The notes: generated by a model from the letters alone, not told the origin. Shown: positions 38,813 to 49,127, counted from the stretch's first letter. The stretch is 64,000 nucleotides of DNA from Dehalococcoidia bacterium (GCA_963422755.1 OY730488.1); one strand, 5' to 3'. Numbers and translations: made by a program.

Positions 38813-40062
38813 TGCGCGACTCCCGCCGCCACCAGCGCGCCCAACTCTTCACTGCTGAGCCCAAGCTCGCCGCAGACAATCTCGGCCGTGTGCTCGCCTA
38901 GTAGCGGCGCCCGTCGACCGTGCGACCACGGCGTCTCGCTCAATACGTACGGCGCGCCGGGAAATGTCACCGTACGCTCCTGCTCCTCATGCTCGATCTC
39001 GACGAAGAACCCGCGCGCCCGCCAATGCTCATCGGCGAGACACTCGTCGGGCGTGCGAACAATGCTCCAGGCCGCACCAGCGGCTTGTGCGCCAGCGTAT
39101 ATCTCCTCAGCATCATGCGCTGCGATGAACTCGGCAATATCCGCCAGCATCATCTTCACAGTCGGTTGACTCAACCCCAGCTGACGCTTGCGTCCATCCA
39201 ACAGCTCCAAGTCAGACAGATTCGCCCCCATCCCCTTCGACTGGATGAACGCCACCAGCGCCAGCCAGCTCGCCTCCGAGCGGGGCATGCCGAAGATATT
39301 GATCAGGCGACCGTCAGCGGTCGGATACTGCCACGGCTCGGTCGGCTGCGGACCGGCATGCCGGCCCGCCTGGCGAATGAGCGGGTGTCGCTCGTACAGC
39401 GCCCACGGCGCCGACGACTCGATCGTGAATCCCATGCACTCGTGCATCGAAACATCGAGGTGCTGCCCCAAACCGCTCTGCTGGCGCTCATAGAGCGCCG
39501 CACAGACACCCGTGGCTGCAAAGTAGCCAGCGATGTGTGAGGCATGATGTTCGGTCGGGCGAATCGGCGGCGCAGCGGGAATGCTGTCGTAGCCACAGCT
39601 CCCCATTGGCCCGCCGAGCGCCAGTCCGACCGCGTCCGACCAGGCGAAATCGCGCCACGGCCCGGTCTGTCCGAACGGCGTCAAACTGAGTACCACCAGC
39701 TGTGGTAGGTGATCAGCGAGCGCCACAGGATCGAGCGGGCGGCCACGGCCTGGCTGCCACGTCTCGAGGACGACATCCGCCCTCTCGGCGAGCTGCAAGA
39801 ACAACTCGATTCCGTCCTCGGCGTGCAAATCAAGCGCCACCGAGCGTTTTCCAGCGGCGTAGTGCCACCAGTAGAGGCTGCGCTCGGGCCCCGGCTGGTC
39901 GTCGAGGAACGGCCCCGTGCGTCGCCCGATGTCGCCGCCGGGCGGTTCGATCTTGATCACATCCGCGCCCAGGCCGGCCAGCAGCTTGCCCGCGAAGTGC
40001 CCCTTCGGATCCGAGCAATCCAGCACCCGAACGCCGTCCAACGCCCCACGTGAGTCAGTCAT
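38809..40062 (-). CDS. Family III CoA-transferase (CaiB/BaiF)
   Basis: An internal Met (MTDSRGALDGVRVLDCSDPKGHFAGKLLAGLGADVIKIEP) starts the protein. The longer 484-aa ORF is an N-terminal over-extension. Confidence 0.85.
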   Translation of the reverse strand: MTDSRGALDGVRVLDCSDPKGHFAGKLLAGLGADVIKIEPPGGDIGRRTGPFLDDQPGPERSLYWWHYAAGKRSVALDLHAEDGIELFLQLAERADVVLETWQPGRGRPLDPVALADHLPQLVVLSLTPFGQTGPWRDFAWSDAVGLALGGPMGSCGYDSIPAAPPIRPTEHHASHIAGYFAATGVCAALYERQQSGLGQHLDVSMHECMGFTIESSAPWALYERHPLIRQAGRHAGPQPTEPWQYPTADGRLINIFGMPRSEASWLALVAFIQSKGMGANLSDLELLDGRKRQLGLSQPTVKMMLADIAEFIAAHDAEEIYAGAQAAGAAWSIVRTPDECLADEHWRARGFFVEIEHEEQERTVTFPGAPYVLSETPWSHGRRAPLLGEHTAEIVCGELGLSSEELGALVAAGVAQ

Positions 40063-40064
40063 CG

Positions 40065-41321
40065 TTAGCCCAACGCTCCGTTGGCCGTGAGCTCGGCGAT
40101 GCGCTCGCCACTCAGGCGCAGGAGCTCGCCGAACACGTAGCTGTTCGCCTCGCCCAGCACTGGACCAGGCCGATCGCGGTGCGCCGGCGTGCGTGAAAAG
40201 CGAAGCTGCAGACCATCCGTCAGATGTTCGCCGATCACTGGATGCTCGCGCGCCACCGTCCACTCACGCGCCTGCATCTGCGGATCATGGACCACGAGAT
40301 CGACGCCATTCTGCACGACGCCAGATGGAACATCGGCGTCCTGCAACCGACGCATCAGCGCGCGACCGTCCTGCCCCGCCGTCCAGGCGCCGATCAGCTC
40401 GTCCAGCTCGTCCTGATGCCGCAGACGCGACGGCAGTGTCGCAAAGCGAGCGTCACTGCGCCAGTGCGGATGATCGCTCACCGCGCAGAATGCCTCCCAC
40501 TCCGCGTCGGACGTGCAGCTGATCATGATCCAGTTGTCATGCCCGGCCGTTGGATAGGTATTGTGCGGTACCGCTTGCGGCCAGACCGCGCGGTTGCCCG
40601 GCGGATTGCCAGTGTCGCGATAGCGCCGTCCATTGACCGTGAAATCGAGCGTTGCGGGCCCAGTCAGTGCCATCCCGGTCTCAACCTGTGAGAGATCGAT
40701 CCACTGTCCCTGCCCGGTCTCGCGGCGGTGATGCAGCGCTGCCACAATTGCCGCCGCCGCCGTGAATCCCGCCATATGATCGAGGTACGAATATCCCCAG
40801 CCGGCTGGCTCGGGCGCATCGGGCAGCCCTGACATCGCGGTCAGACCGCTGAGTGCCTGCGCGGTTGGCCCCCACGTCGAGTAGTCGCGCTGCGGCCCAG
40901 AGTGCCCGAAGCCCGAGAGCGAGGTGTAGATGATCTGCGGGTTCTCGTCGCGCTGCTCGTCGTAGCTCAGCCCCCAGCTCTCGAAGACGCGTGAGGAGTA
41001 GTTTTCGACCACGACGTCGGAGACGCGAATCAGCCGCTTGATCAGGTCGAGGCCGTCGGGATGGCGCGCATTGACGGTGATCGAGCGCTTGCTGCGGTCC
41101 AGCCAGTTGAACATCGCGCTCGAGTTCGGCGGATCGAACCCGCCCGGATGCGGACGGCCGAAGCGGATCGAGTCGAGTGTCTGCTCATTCTCGACACGGA
41201 TCACTTCCGCACCGAGATCGCCCAACAGCCGCGTACAGGTCGGCCCGGCGACGATCCATGTGAAGTCGACCACGCGGACACCCGCAAGAGGTGGCTGCGC
41301 GGCTGGCTCGGGTTCCGTCAT
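40065..41321 (-). CDS. Family III CoA-transferase (CaiB/BaiF), tandem with 38809..40062
   Basis: The N-terminus is LAGVRVVDFTWIVAGPTCTRLLGDLGAEVIRVEN, and the stop lies 2 nt before the next gene's start. Confidence 0.85.
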   Translation of the reverse strand: MTEPEPAAQPPLAGVRVVDFTWIVAGPTCTRLLGDLGAEVIRVENEQTLDSIRFGRPHPGGFDPPNSSAMFNWLDRSKRSITVNARHPDGLDLIKRLIRVSDVVVENYSSRVFESWGLSYDEQRDENPQIIYTSLSGFGHSGPQRDYSTWGPTAQALSGLTAMSGLPDAPEPAGWGYSYLDHMAGFTAAAAIVAALHHRRETGQGQWIDLSQVETGMALTGPATLDFTVNGRRYRDTGNPPGNRAVWPQAVPHNTYPTAGHDNWIMISCTSDAEWEAFCAVSDHPHWRSDARFATLPSRLRHQDELDELIGAWTAGQDGRALMRRLQDADVPSGVVQNGVDLVVHDPQMQAREWTVAREHPVIGEHLTDGLQLRFSRTPAHRDRPGPVLGEANSYVFGELLRLSGERIAELTANGALG

Positions 41322-41345
41322 GGCGCTTGGCGGAGCGGAACGCGG

Positions 41346-41750
41346 TCAGGCCGGCTCGAACTTGGGCAGCGTGAACTCGTCGGTGAGATCATCAAACGCG
41401 ACCTGTACCCGCATCCCGACGCGGATGTCGGCCGCCGCAACGTTGATCAGGTTCGTGTTCATGCGCGGACCCTCGTCCAGCTGCACCACAGCCAACGTGT
41501 ACGGGATTTCTTCCTTCCACGAAGGATGGTAGAGCTGGTGCATCCGCACCCATGAGTAGACCTCACCGCCGCCGGCCGACTCCCGCCACTCCCAGTCAGT
41601 CGACCAATCCTTGTAGCAGCGGTCGCTGTAGGGGAACTGGTAGTGGTCCGCTGAAGGAAAGTACTGCAGCAGCAGTTTGTGCGCCTTGAGCGCATCGAAG
41701 AACGGCTGCGTCTGTGCGTCTGGATTCGGAAGCGGCTTTTCGTATGCCAT
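41346..41750 (-). CDS. DUF35 Zn-ribbon/OB-fold protein
   Basis: It has an OB-fold C-terminal domain and is placed directly downstream of the SCP-x-type thiolase. This is the second thiolase--DUF35 pair in the window. Confidence 0.75.
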   Translation of the reverse strand: MAYEKPLPNPDAQTQPFFDALKAHKLLLQYFPSADHYQFPYSDRCYKDWSTDWEWRESAGGGEVYSWVRMHQLYHPSWKEEIPYTLAVVQLDEGPRMNTNLINVAAADIRVGMRVQVAFDDLTDEFTLPKFEPA

Positions 41751-41762
41751 GGGTACAGAGTC

Positions 41763-42953
41763 CTAGTTGGCGTGCGGCGAGAGGATCAGCGTGCCGTGAG
41801 TGTCCAGTGTGCCGCCGTTACCCGAGCAGAGCACGATGTCATGCTGCTCGACCTGGCGGTCCTCGCCCGAGCCGCGCGCCTGGATCACCCCCTCCGAGAG
41901 CGGCGTCATGCCCCACATGTAGTAGGACGACAACTGTCCGCCGCCGGTGTTAATCAACGGCAGCTCAGCCTCAGGATCAGCCGGATCCTCAGGGTACAGA
42001 CCGATCGCCTCGCCGGGCTTGGCCAAACCGTAATCCTCGATCGTGCGCAACACGGTGTACGTGTAGCAGTCGTAGAACTCACAGATATCGACGTCCTCCG
42101 GTCCGACGCCGGCCATCCGGTACGCAGTCTCGCCAGCGATGGTCGCACCCGAAGTGGTGTAAGTCTCGACCTCAGCGTGTGGCAGATTGCCAGGATGTCC
42201 CTGCCCCATCCCCCAGATGTAGGCCGGGGCCGACGGCAGGTCGCGCGCGCGTTCGGCCGTGGTCACGATCGTGCAGACCGCGCCGTTGGAGACCAGGCAA
42301 CAATCGAGCAGATGAAACGGATCCACAATCCAGCGGGAGTTGTGGTAGTCCTCGAGCGTGAGCGGCTGGCGCATCGTCGCATGTGGATTGTCAACGGCGT
42401 AGCGGCGCTGCGTCACCGAGACGCGGCCGAGGTCGTTGTTGGTGATCCCGTAACGCTCCATGTAGCGCCGAGCGGCGAGCGCGTATGAGGTGTTCGCTCC
42501 GTAGAAGCCGAAGGCCGGCATCAGCGAGGCCATGCCCGTCGGACCACGCCGTCCCGCGCCACCATAGGCGGCGCCAGCCGATCCACCCTGCTGCAGCGGC
42601 GCATCGGAGAAGACACAGGCAACATAGTTGGCCATCCCATGATGGACCGCCATCGCCGCGAAGTGCACCATCGCCGACGCCGTCGCGCCGAACGAGTTCA
42701 TATGGTTGAGCAGCCGCAAATTGCGCAACCCCAGATAGTTCTGCAGCGGAATGCTGATCCCCGTGCCCATCATCCCTGTGATGCCAGGGTTGATCAGCAG
42801 TCCGTCGAGATCGTCCTTCTGCAGCCCGGCGTCCTCGACCGCCATCCTGATCGCCTCGCCCGCAAACCAGGATGCGTCGTGCCCGTATACCTTGCCCATC
42901 TCCGTAATGCCGAGTCCGCAGACCGCCGTCTGCCCTCGAATAGGATCACTCAT
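41763..42953 (-). CDS. Thiolase-like protein of the SCP-x / lipid-transfer type
   Basis: It has a thiolase fold with C-terminal NTGGGQLSSYYMWG. Confidence 0.85.
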   Translation of the reverse strand: MSDPIRGQTAVCGLGITEMGKVYGHDASWFAGEAIRMAVEDAGLQKDDLDGLLINPGITGMMGTGISIPLQNYLGLRNLRLLNHMNSFGATASAMVHFAAMAVHHGMANYVACVFSDAPLQQGGSAGAAYGGAGRRGPTGMASLMPAFGFYGANTSYALAARRYMERYGITNNDLGRVSVTQRRYAVDNPHATMRQPLTLEDYHNSRWIVDPFHLLDCCLVSNGAVCTIVTTAERARDLPSAPAYIWGMGQGHPGNLPHAEVETYTTSGATIAGETAYRMAGVGPEDVDICEFYDCYTYTVLRTIEDYGLAKPGEAIGLYPEDPADPEAELPLINTGGGQLSSYYMWGMTPLSEGVIQARGSGEDRQVEQHDIVLCSGNGGTLDTHGTLILSPHAN

Positions 42954-43271
42954 CAGTCACTCCTCGCCAGTCAGGATTCCCGACAAAGTCTAGCAGCGCG
43001 GGCCACGCGCAATACGGGCGCTCCGGCTACTGACGCACTCTGTTATCTGTGAGTCGCCGAGGGAGAGCTGCGATGGCGGACCGTGAAGAGTACATGGCCG
43101 ACGTCAATGCAGACGGCATCGGCCATGTCTTCTACGACCTGGCTCGCTGGAGATTGGAAGAGCAAATCGACCGGGTGGAATCACTCGACCGGAAACTGGT
43201 TGGGACATTCACGCTGAACAGCGCCTTGATCGCTCTGTTGGCAGTCGCGCCGTGGTAGCAACGCGACGGGT

Positions 43272-43385
43272 TTATAGACCGCGCTCTACATAATCGGATG
43301 GGCCCGGTGGCGGCAGCTGCGGCTTTTGATTCTTTGGTTGCGACTGCTTGGCCTGTTTGGGCTTGGGTTTCTTGCTTCCCGCCAT
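43272..43385 (-). CDS. Candidate small Lys/Pro-rich protein of 37 aa
   Basis: Manual translation gives MAGSKKPKPKQAKQSQPKNQKPQLPPPGPSDYVERGL*. A GAGGTGG ribosome-binding site sits 6 nt upstream of the ATG. It is absent from the track because it is under 60 aa. Confidence 0.3.
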   Translation of the reverse strand: MAGSKKPKPKQAKQSQPKNQKPQLPPPGPSDYVERGL

Positions 43386-43427
43386 AATGAGCCACCTCAC
43401 TCAGTCCGCTACGGCAAGCGTACTGAG

Positions 43428-44240
43428 CTACAACACCGTGATGTCTTCGCCGCCGTCGACGTTGATCGTGTTGCCTGTCACCCAGTTGGAATCGTCCAGG
43501 CTGAGGCCGATGATCGCTCGTGCTATGTCCGACGGCTCCGTCACGCGGCCCGATGGATTGTGATTCTGGGCGAAGTCGAGCAGCTGCATCCCGGCCGGGA
43601 TCTTCTCCAGCGCTGGCGTGTGGGTGATGCCGGCTTTGATGGCATTGGCCGCGATTCCCATCGGAGCCAGCTCGACCGCGAGCTGGCGTAGGTGCGCCGC
43701 GAGCGCCGCTTTGGCCGCCGAGACCGCGCCGTACTGCGGGATCACCCGCTGATCGCCGCCCGACGTCATCCCGTAAATCTTGCCGCCCGCGGTCAACAAG
43801 CCGCGCGCCACCATATCCTGCGTCCAATAGACCACCGAGTTCGCCATCACGTCGAGCGTCATCTCCATCTGACGCTGCGTGATCGGGCGCTCCTCTTGCG
43901 CGCCGATATACGGACCCAGCGTCCCGAAGGCGAGCGAGTGCAGCAGGATGCGCACGGCACCGGGACCACCGTCCGAAGCGAGGTGTGCGCCCAAGCTGTC
44001 CAGCATCTCGCCTCGCTTGGCGGCGTCGGCGGCGTTCATGTTGACGAACAGCGCCTGCCGCCCATGCGATGCAATCTCCCCCGTAATCCGTTCCACGTTG
44101 GCCATCGTCGAGCGTCGGTCGAGGTGTACGCCGGCGATATGCATCCCCGCCTCCGCCAGGGCGACAGCGGTGGTTCCTCCGAAACCCGATGACGCGCCGA
44201 GGATGAGCGCCCACTGTCCATCGAGCTGAGGGTGACGCAC
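43428..44240 (-). CDS. SDR-family oxidoreductase (FabL / enoyl-reductase-like)
   Basis: It has ILGASSGFGG and a YxxxK region (YGAVSAAKAA). Confidence 0.8.
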   Translation of the reverse strand: MRHPQLDGQWALILGASSGFGGTTAVALAEAGMHIAGVHLDRRSTMANVERITGEIASHGRQALFVNMNAADAAKRGEMLDSLGAHLASDGGPGAVRILLHSLAFGTLGPYIGAQEERPITQRQMEMTLDVMANSVVYWTQDMVARGLLTAGGKIYGMTSGGDQRVIPQYGAVSAAKAALAAHLRQLAVELAPMGIAANAIKAGITHTPALEKIPAGMQLLDFAQNHNPSGRVTEPSDIARAIIGLSLDDSNWVTGNTINVDGGEDITVL

Positions 44241-44295
44241 AGATGAACCTCCTGCTACCTGCCGCCTGGAGGGGCGCTGGATCGATGTAACGCGC

Positions 44296-45621
44296 CTACA
44301 GCCGCTGGGCGTTGGTGAACCGTCGCACGACCTCGAACAGAATCTGAATGCCGGTGCCCAGACCTTCGATCGGCGTGCGCTCGTTGTGTCCGTGCACGCC
44401 AGCCGCGAGCGAGGCGTCCATCAGCGTCGGCACAAATCCGTAGGAGTGCACCCCATGCCGACGCAGCACGCGGGAGTCGGTGAATCCGACACAGGTCGAC
44501 GGCACCACCAACGCGCCTTCGACCTGCTCATGGACGACATCCTCAATCACGCTCACCATCTCCGTCTCGAAGCTGCTGGACGGGCCGTTGCTGCCGAACA
44601 CGACCTCGATCTCGACCTTGTCATCGTCGATCACATCGCGCATTTGCTTGATGAAGTCGTCATACGACTGGTCGGGCAGGAGGCGGCAGTCTAGCGTCGC
44701 CTCAGCGTCCGCAGGGATCACGTTGTGTTTGATTCCGCTGGTCGCGCCCGTGTTGGAGATCGTGTCACGGGTGACCGCGGCGAACGCCGGATACGTCCGA
44801 CAGAGCTTGCTCACGCTCGGCGCAGCGCCCGACCACGCATGAGCGTCTCGCATCCGCTGCAGCGTCTCCGCCGTGTGCGGCTGGATGGTCACCGCGTGGT
44901 CCCAACTCTGAACCTGGTACAGCGCGCGGACCAACCGCTCGACCGCGTTGTCGCCGTGCGGCGTCGAGCCGTGCCCGGGCTGGCCTTCGGCGCGCAGCTT
45001 CAGCCACAACGGAGACTTCTCCGACGGTGAACAGGCGAACACCGGGCGGTTGGCGCCGAGCATATTCAGCGCTCCCATCCCGCCCTCGTTCAGAGCGAAC
45101 TCCGGCTCCGTAATCCATGCCCGCTCGTGTTGGTCGAGCCACTCCATGCCGTAGGCGGAGCCAGCCTCTTCGTCGGCCACGGCGAGAAAGATGATGTCGC
45201 GGTTCGGGGTGAGCTTAAGCCGCTTGAACAACAGCATCACCAGGAGCTCCAGGACGCCCATCCCCTTCATGTCAAGCGCGCCGCGCCCCCACAACATGCC
45301 ATCCCGCTCGACCGCAGCGAACGGATCGACTTCCCAGAACTCCTCCTGCACCGGGACAACGTCTGTGTGGTTGAGCAGCATCAGCGGCGCGGCATCGCCG
45401 GCGCCCGGCAGACGCGTACGCATCGACACGCGGCCCGGACCGGCCTCGGCGTACTCGCACTCGTAGCCCTCAGGTTCCAGGAGCGTCGCCAGGAACTCCG
45501 CAGCAGCCTGCTCGTTGCCAGGCGGGTTCGAGGTATTGATGCGGAGGTAATCGCGCAGCGTCGACGTGATCTCCGCGGTCACGTCGTCCCAGTCAATGCC
45601 CAGCGGCGGCGTAGTAGTCAT
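44296..45621 (-). CDS. M20-family metallopeptidase (dipeptidase / ArgE-DapE-like)
   Basis: It has HTDVVP, GALDMKG and EEAGS motifs plus a dimerisation domain. Confidence 0.85.
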   Translation of the reverse strand: MTTTPPLGIDWDDVTAEITSTLRDYLRINTSNPPGNEQAAAEFLATLLEPEGYECEYAEAGPGRVSMRTRLPGAGDAAPLMLLNHTDVVPVQEEFWEVDPFAAVERDGMLWGRGALDMKGMGVLELLVMLLFKRLKLTPNRDIIFLAVADEEAGSAYGMEWLDQHERAWITEPEFALNEGGMGALNMLGANRPVFACSPSEKSPLWLKLRAEGQPGHGSTPHGDNAVERLVRALYQVQSWDHAVTIQPHTAETLQRMRDAHAWSGAAPSVSKLCRTYPAFAAVTRDTISNTGATSGIKHNVIPADAEATLDCRLLPDQSYDDFIKQMRDVIDDDKVEIEVVFGSNGPSSSFETEMVSVIEDVVHEQVEGALVVPSTCVGFTDSRVLRRHGVHSYGFVPTLMDASLAAGVHGHNERTPIEGLGTGIQILFEVVRRFTNAQRL

Positions 45622-45661
45622 GGGGCGAGTATACGTACCATCGCGCTTCAGTCAGCCTGAC

Positions 45662-46519
45662 TCAGCAGACAGGCGCAGCGAGTAGTCGCTTGACCTCGGC
45701 TGTGATCCGCGACATCAGCTCTCCCGCCTTGTCGTGGATCGCCACGTTGCAATACGATGTCACAACGGTCGGATCGAGATTGACCTCGATCATCGGATGC
45801 CCGCGCTGACGCACGGCGAGCGCGAAGTCCGCTGCCGGCGAAACCACCGCAGTGGTACCGACCAGGATCACGCAATCCGCCTTCGACGACTCCTCGTAGC
45901 AGCGATCGAGACAATCGCGGGGGATCGGCTCGCCGAACATAACCGTATCGGTCTTGACGATGCCGCCGCAGCGGTCGCAGCGGGGCGGGAAGACCTCGGG
46001 AATCTCCTCGAATGGTGAGCGCGCACCGCAGGCGATGCAGCGAAGCAGTGTGGTGCAGCCGTGAATCTCGGTCAGTCGCTGGGCGCCCGCCGCACGGTGC
46101 AGGCCATCGACGTTCTGCGTAATGATGTGCTTCAGTACGCCGAGCCGCTCGAGCTCAGCCATGGCAAAGTGAGCGTCGTTGGGTTGGGCGCTGGCAATCG
46201 TAGCGGTCAACTCGTCGGGTTGACGGCGGCGCTCGGCGACGTTCTCCCACCAAACTGCCGGATCTGCCGAAAACTGCTCATACTGGTTCAGCGGCGGTTC
46301 ACCGTGCTTCGTCCACAGACCGTCTTTGCCACGAAATGTAGGGATACCTGATTCGGCGGAGATGCCTGCACCGGTCAGCGCAATGCAATACCGCGACTGC
46401 GCCAGCAGCTCCGCCGCCCGCACGATCAACTCCTGATGCTCCTCTTGCTGGCCCTCGGCAAGATCGTCAGACGGCTGCGATGACGCTTCTGAGCCCGGCG
46501 TCTCTGGCATCGGCGGCAT
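45662..46519 (-). CDS. cobB: NAD-dependent protein deacylase (Sir2/CobB family)
   Basis: It shows GAGISAESGIPTFRG, a zinc module (CxxC...CxxC) and the Sir2 fold. The start was chosen at MPPMPETPG, and the 5' part of the track ORF is spurious. Confidence 0.8.
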   Translation of the reverse strand: MPPMPETPGSEASSQPSDDLAEGQQEEHQELIVRAAELLAQSRYCIALTGAGISAESGIPTFRGKDGLWTKHGEPPLNQYEQFSADPAVWWENVAERRRQPDELTATIASAQPNDAHFAMAELERLGVLKHIITQNVDGLHRAAGAQRLTEIHGCTTLLRCIACGARSPFEEIPEVFPPRCDRCGGIVKTDTVMFGEPIPRDCLDRCYEESSKADCVILVGTTAVVSPAADFALAVRQRGHPMIEVNLDPTVVTSYCNVAIHDKAGELMSRITAEVKRLLAAPVC

Positions 46520-46802
46520 CAACGGCACTCCAACATCGTCCCAGATACAACAACGCCCCCTAGCGGGGGCGCTGCTTCCTGTGTACTTCGGCTCCCTAAC
46601 GGGAGCCTGAACAATCCACTTGCAGGACTCCATAGACGAGGTGAATGTTCAGCTTGTGCATACAGGCCTCCTCTCGTCCCGACACACTCACTGTAGACGA
46701 TCATTCGACCTTTGTCACGCCTGCCCTCACCATTCGCCCGATCATCACGACAGAGACCAGTCGGTCAAGCGATCTGCGTTAAGCTGGAACCGTGATGTGT
46801 CA

Positions 46803-48137
46803 ATGGCAACGGTGGACACTCAAACGCGCGGGCAACCTGTGCTGAGGCTGACCGACCCGCTGCTCGACGGACCACTCGGCGGATGGTCGCCGCTGCGAGC
46901 GCGGTCAGACCGTGCGCCGCGCGTCGTGACAGCGGATCAACGCTGGTCGCTGGCCATCGTGCTCACCGCCGCGCTTGTCGCGATGGGCGCGATCATCTTT
47001 GATATCCGTTTGCCTACCGCCGACGCAGCATCGTTGCCGGTCGTGCTTCCTGCGTCGAGCGCCGAATCTGCCATCGCTCCAGCGACAGTGACAGACTCTC
47101 AGCAGACCACCGGATGGCAGGCCACTGTACCTTCCGACACCGCTCCACCCTCGACTCCCACTACCGAGTTCAGACTCGCGACTACCGCACCGCCGACTGA
47201 ACCAGCAGCCGAACGCACCGCTGCGGCTGCGTCTGCCGATGACCACAACGCCGAGTCAGCCGCGGCCGACTCGGCACCCCAACCCAGCAGCGCGGCGGTG
47301 TCCGAACAGATTGCGATTGACAACCCGGCAGCGCGTATTCGCGACTATCTGGGGCTGCATCCTGACGCGCAGCTGCCTGTGTCCTTCTACTATTCCGTCG
47401 AAGCCGGCGACACCGCCTCGAGCATCGCCGCACGGTTCGGTCTGGACGAAGCGACGGTGCTCTTCAATAACTTCGACATCTACGACCCTGACAACCTGGC
47501 GGTTGATCAGCGGCTGACGTTACCGCCGGTCGACGGTCTCGTCTACACGGTGCAGCCAGGTGACGCGTTCTCCTCACTGATGCACAACTTCCAGGCCGAC
47601 GAGGCGCTCACCGTCGCCTGGCCGTCCAATGGCATTAGCAGCCCCGGGCAGATCGACGCGGGACAGACCCTGCTGCTGGTGCAGGGCTCGGCCTCCGTAG
47701 CCAGCAGCGCGCCGTCCGCCACGAGCGTCTCGGCAGGATCTTCAGGAACGTGGTCGCTGCCAGTGTTCCGTTGGCCACTCTCATTCGACAAGATCAGCGA
47801 TCCGTTCGGTACCCCGCGCGGCAACGCGGTCGGCTACCACACCGGCGTTGACTTCATCACCGCCGTCGGCACGATCGTCGGCTCGACGGCCGCAGGCCAA
47901 GTCACGGTGGCAACCTGGGACCCGTCGTACGGCAACTGGATCGAGATCGACCACGGCGGCGGCTTCCGCTCGCGTTACGCCCACCTGAACGAGATCTGGG
48001 TGCGCGAGGGCGAATGGGTCGAAGCGAACGCCTACGTCGGCACAGTCGGTAGCACCGGGAACTCCTCCGGCGCGCACCTACACTTTGAGATCATCGTCGA
48101 CGGACAGGCGGTCGAACCACTGCAATGGCTCGACTAG
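46803..48137 (+). CDS. M23-family peptidase with two LysM domains and an N-terminal membrane anchor
   Basis: A TM helix is followed by a Thr/Ala/Pro-rich linker, two LysM-like repeats and an M23 domain (HTGVDF...HLHFE). Confidence 0.85.
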   Translation: MATVDTQTRGQPVLRLTDPLLDGPLGGWSPLRARSDRAPRVVTADQRWSLAIVLTAALVAMGAIIFDIRLPTADAASLPVVLPASSAESAIAPATVTDSQQTTGWQATVPSDTAPPSTPTTEFRLATTAPPTEPAAERTAAAASADDHNAESAAADSAPQPSSAAVSEQIAIDNPAARIRDYLGLHPDAQLPVSFYYSVEAGDTASSIAARFGLDEATVLFNNFDIYDPDNLAVDQRLTLPPVDGLVYTVQPGDAFSSLMHNFQADEALTVAWPSNGISSPGQIDAGQTLLLVQGSASVASSAPSATSVSAGSSGTWSLPVFRWPLSFDKISDPFGTPRGNAVGYHTGVDFITAVGTIVGSTAAGQVTVATWDPSYGNWIEIDHGGGFRSRYAHLNEIWVREGEWVEANAYVGTVGSTGNSSGAHLHFEIIVDGQAVEPLQWLD

Positions 48138-48221
48138 GCGGTTCAGGCAAGGCTGAGCGCCTCCAGTCACGGCGCCGGGGCCTCGCAAGACCGCAGCAGT
48201 CCGCGATGGGAAGAGGAGAGC

Positions 48222-49127
48222 ATGAGCCCCACCGAGTTTGAGTTCGACTCCTCTGGCTGGGCGCACGACTACGCCGAGACCAACGGTGTTCGGCTGCACT
48301 ACGTCGCACAGGGCGAGGGTCCGCTGGTCGTGCTGCTGCATGGCTTCCCCGAGCACTGGTACTCCTGGCGGCATCAGATCGCGCCGCTGGCCCAGGCTGG
48401 GTTCCGCGTCGTCGCGCCCGACATGCGCGGCTACAACCTCTCCGACAAGCCGCGTGGCGGCTACGACATCAAGAATCTCACCAAAGATGTGCGCGGACTC
48501 ATCCGAGCGCTCGGGGAACGCTCGGCGACCGTCGTCGGCCACGACTGGGGCGGGGTCATCGCGCTCCAGTTCCCGCTCGACTATCCCAAGGCCTGCGACC
48601 GACTGATCGTGATGAACGCGCCCCTGATTCGCTCGTGGTACTGGGGTCGGCGCAACTACCCCAACAACCGCTACGCGCTGCTGATGCAAGCGCCAGGACT
48701 CGCCGAGCGGCGTATGTGGTCGGACATTGACGCCACCACCGCTCAAGTCTTCCGCGCCGTCGCCGCCGACAGCGGCGCCTTCAGCGATGACGACATCGCC
48801 ACCTTCGCCGCGGCCCTCAAGCAGCCTGGCGCGCTCTCCGCGGCAATGAAGTATTACCGCAGCATCTATTGGCCCGATTGGTTCCTGACCTGGCCCGACC
48901 GCAACCAGCGCATCACCTGTCCGACCCAGTTCATCTGGGGTCGCGACGATCCCGCCGTACGGCTGCCCTTCATGGAAGAAGCCGCGCAACAGGTGGACGA
49001 TCTGCGCACCGTCCTGATCGACAACGCCGGACACTGGGTCCAACAGGAACAGCCGAGCCAAGTCACCACGGCAATGCTCGATTTCCTCACGCCCAATGCG
49101 GCCGACGCGCCAGAGTCCGCGACATAA
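48222..49127 (+). CDS. Alpha/beta hydrolase (epoxide-hydrolase / haloalkane-dehalogenase-like)
   Basis: It has an HGFPE oxyanion motif and a GHDWGG nucleophile elbow. Confidence 0.8.
   Translation: MSPTEFEFDSSGWAHDYAETNGVRLHYVAQGEGPLVVLLHGFPEHWYSWRHQIAPLAQAGFRVVAPDMRGYNLSDKPRGGYDIKNLTKDVRGLIRALGERSATVVGHDWGGVIALQFPLDYPKACDRLIVMNAPLIRSWYWGRRNYPNNRYALLMQAPGLAERRMWSDIDATTAQVFRAVAADSGAFSDDDIATFAAALKQPGALSAAMKYYRSIYWPDWFLTWPDRNQRITCPTQFIWGRDDPAVRLPFMEEAAQQVDDLRTVLIDNAGHWVQQEQPSQVTTAMLDFLTPNAADAPESAT

Noticed and set aside
43049-43258. 69-aa plus-strand ORF ending in a single hydrophobic helix
   Set aside because: It has no ribosome-binding site and no homology, and it looks like a truncated fragment. 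It may be a gene remnant, but I could not support it as a feature.
46520-46633. N-terminal 38 aa of the Sir2 ORF (MESCKWIVQAPVREPKYTG...)
   Set aside because: It translates the intergenic twin-hairpin region. Sir2 homology and a sensible start begin at MPPMPETPG (46519).
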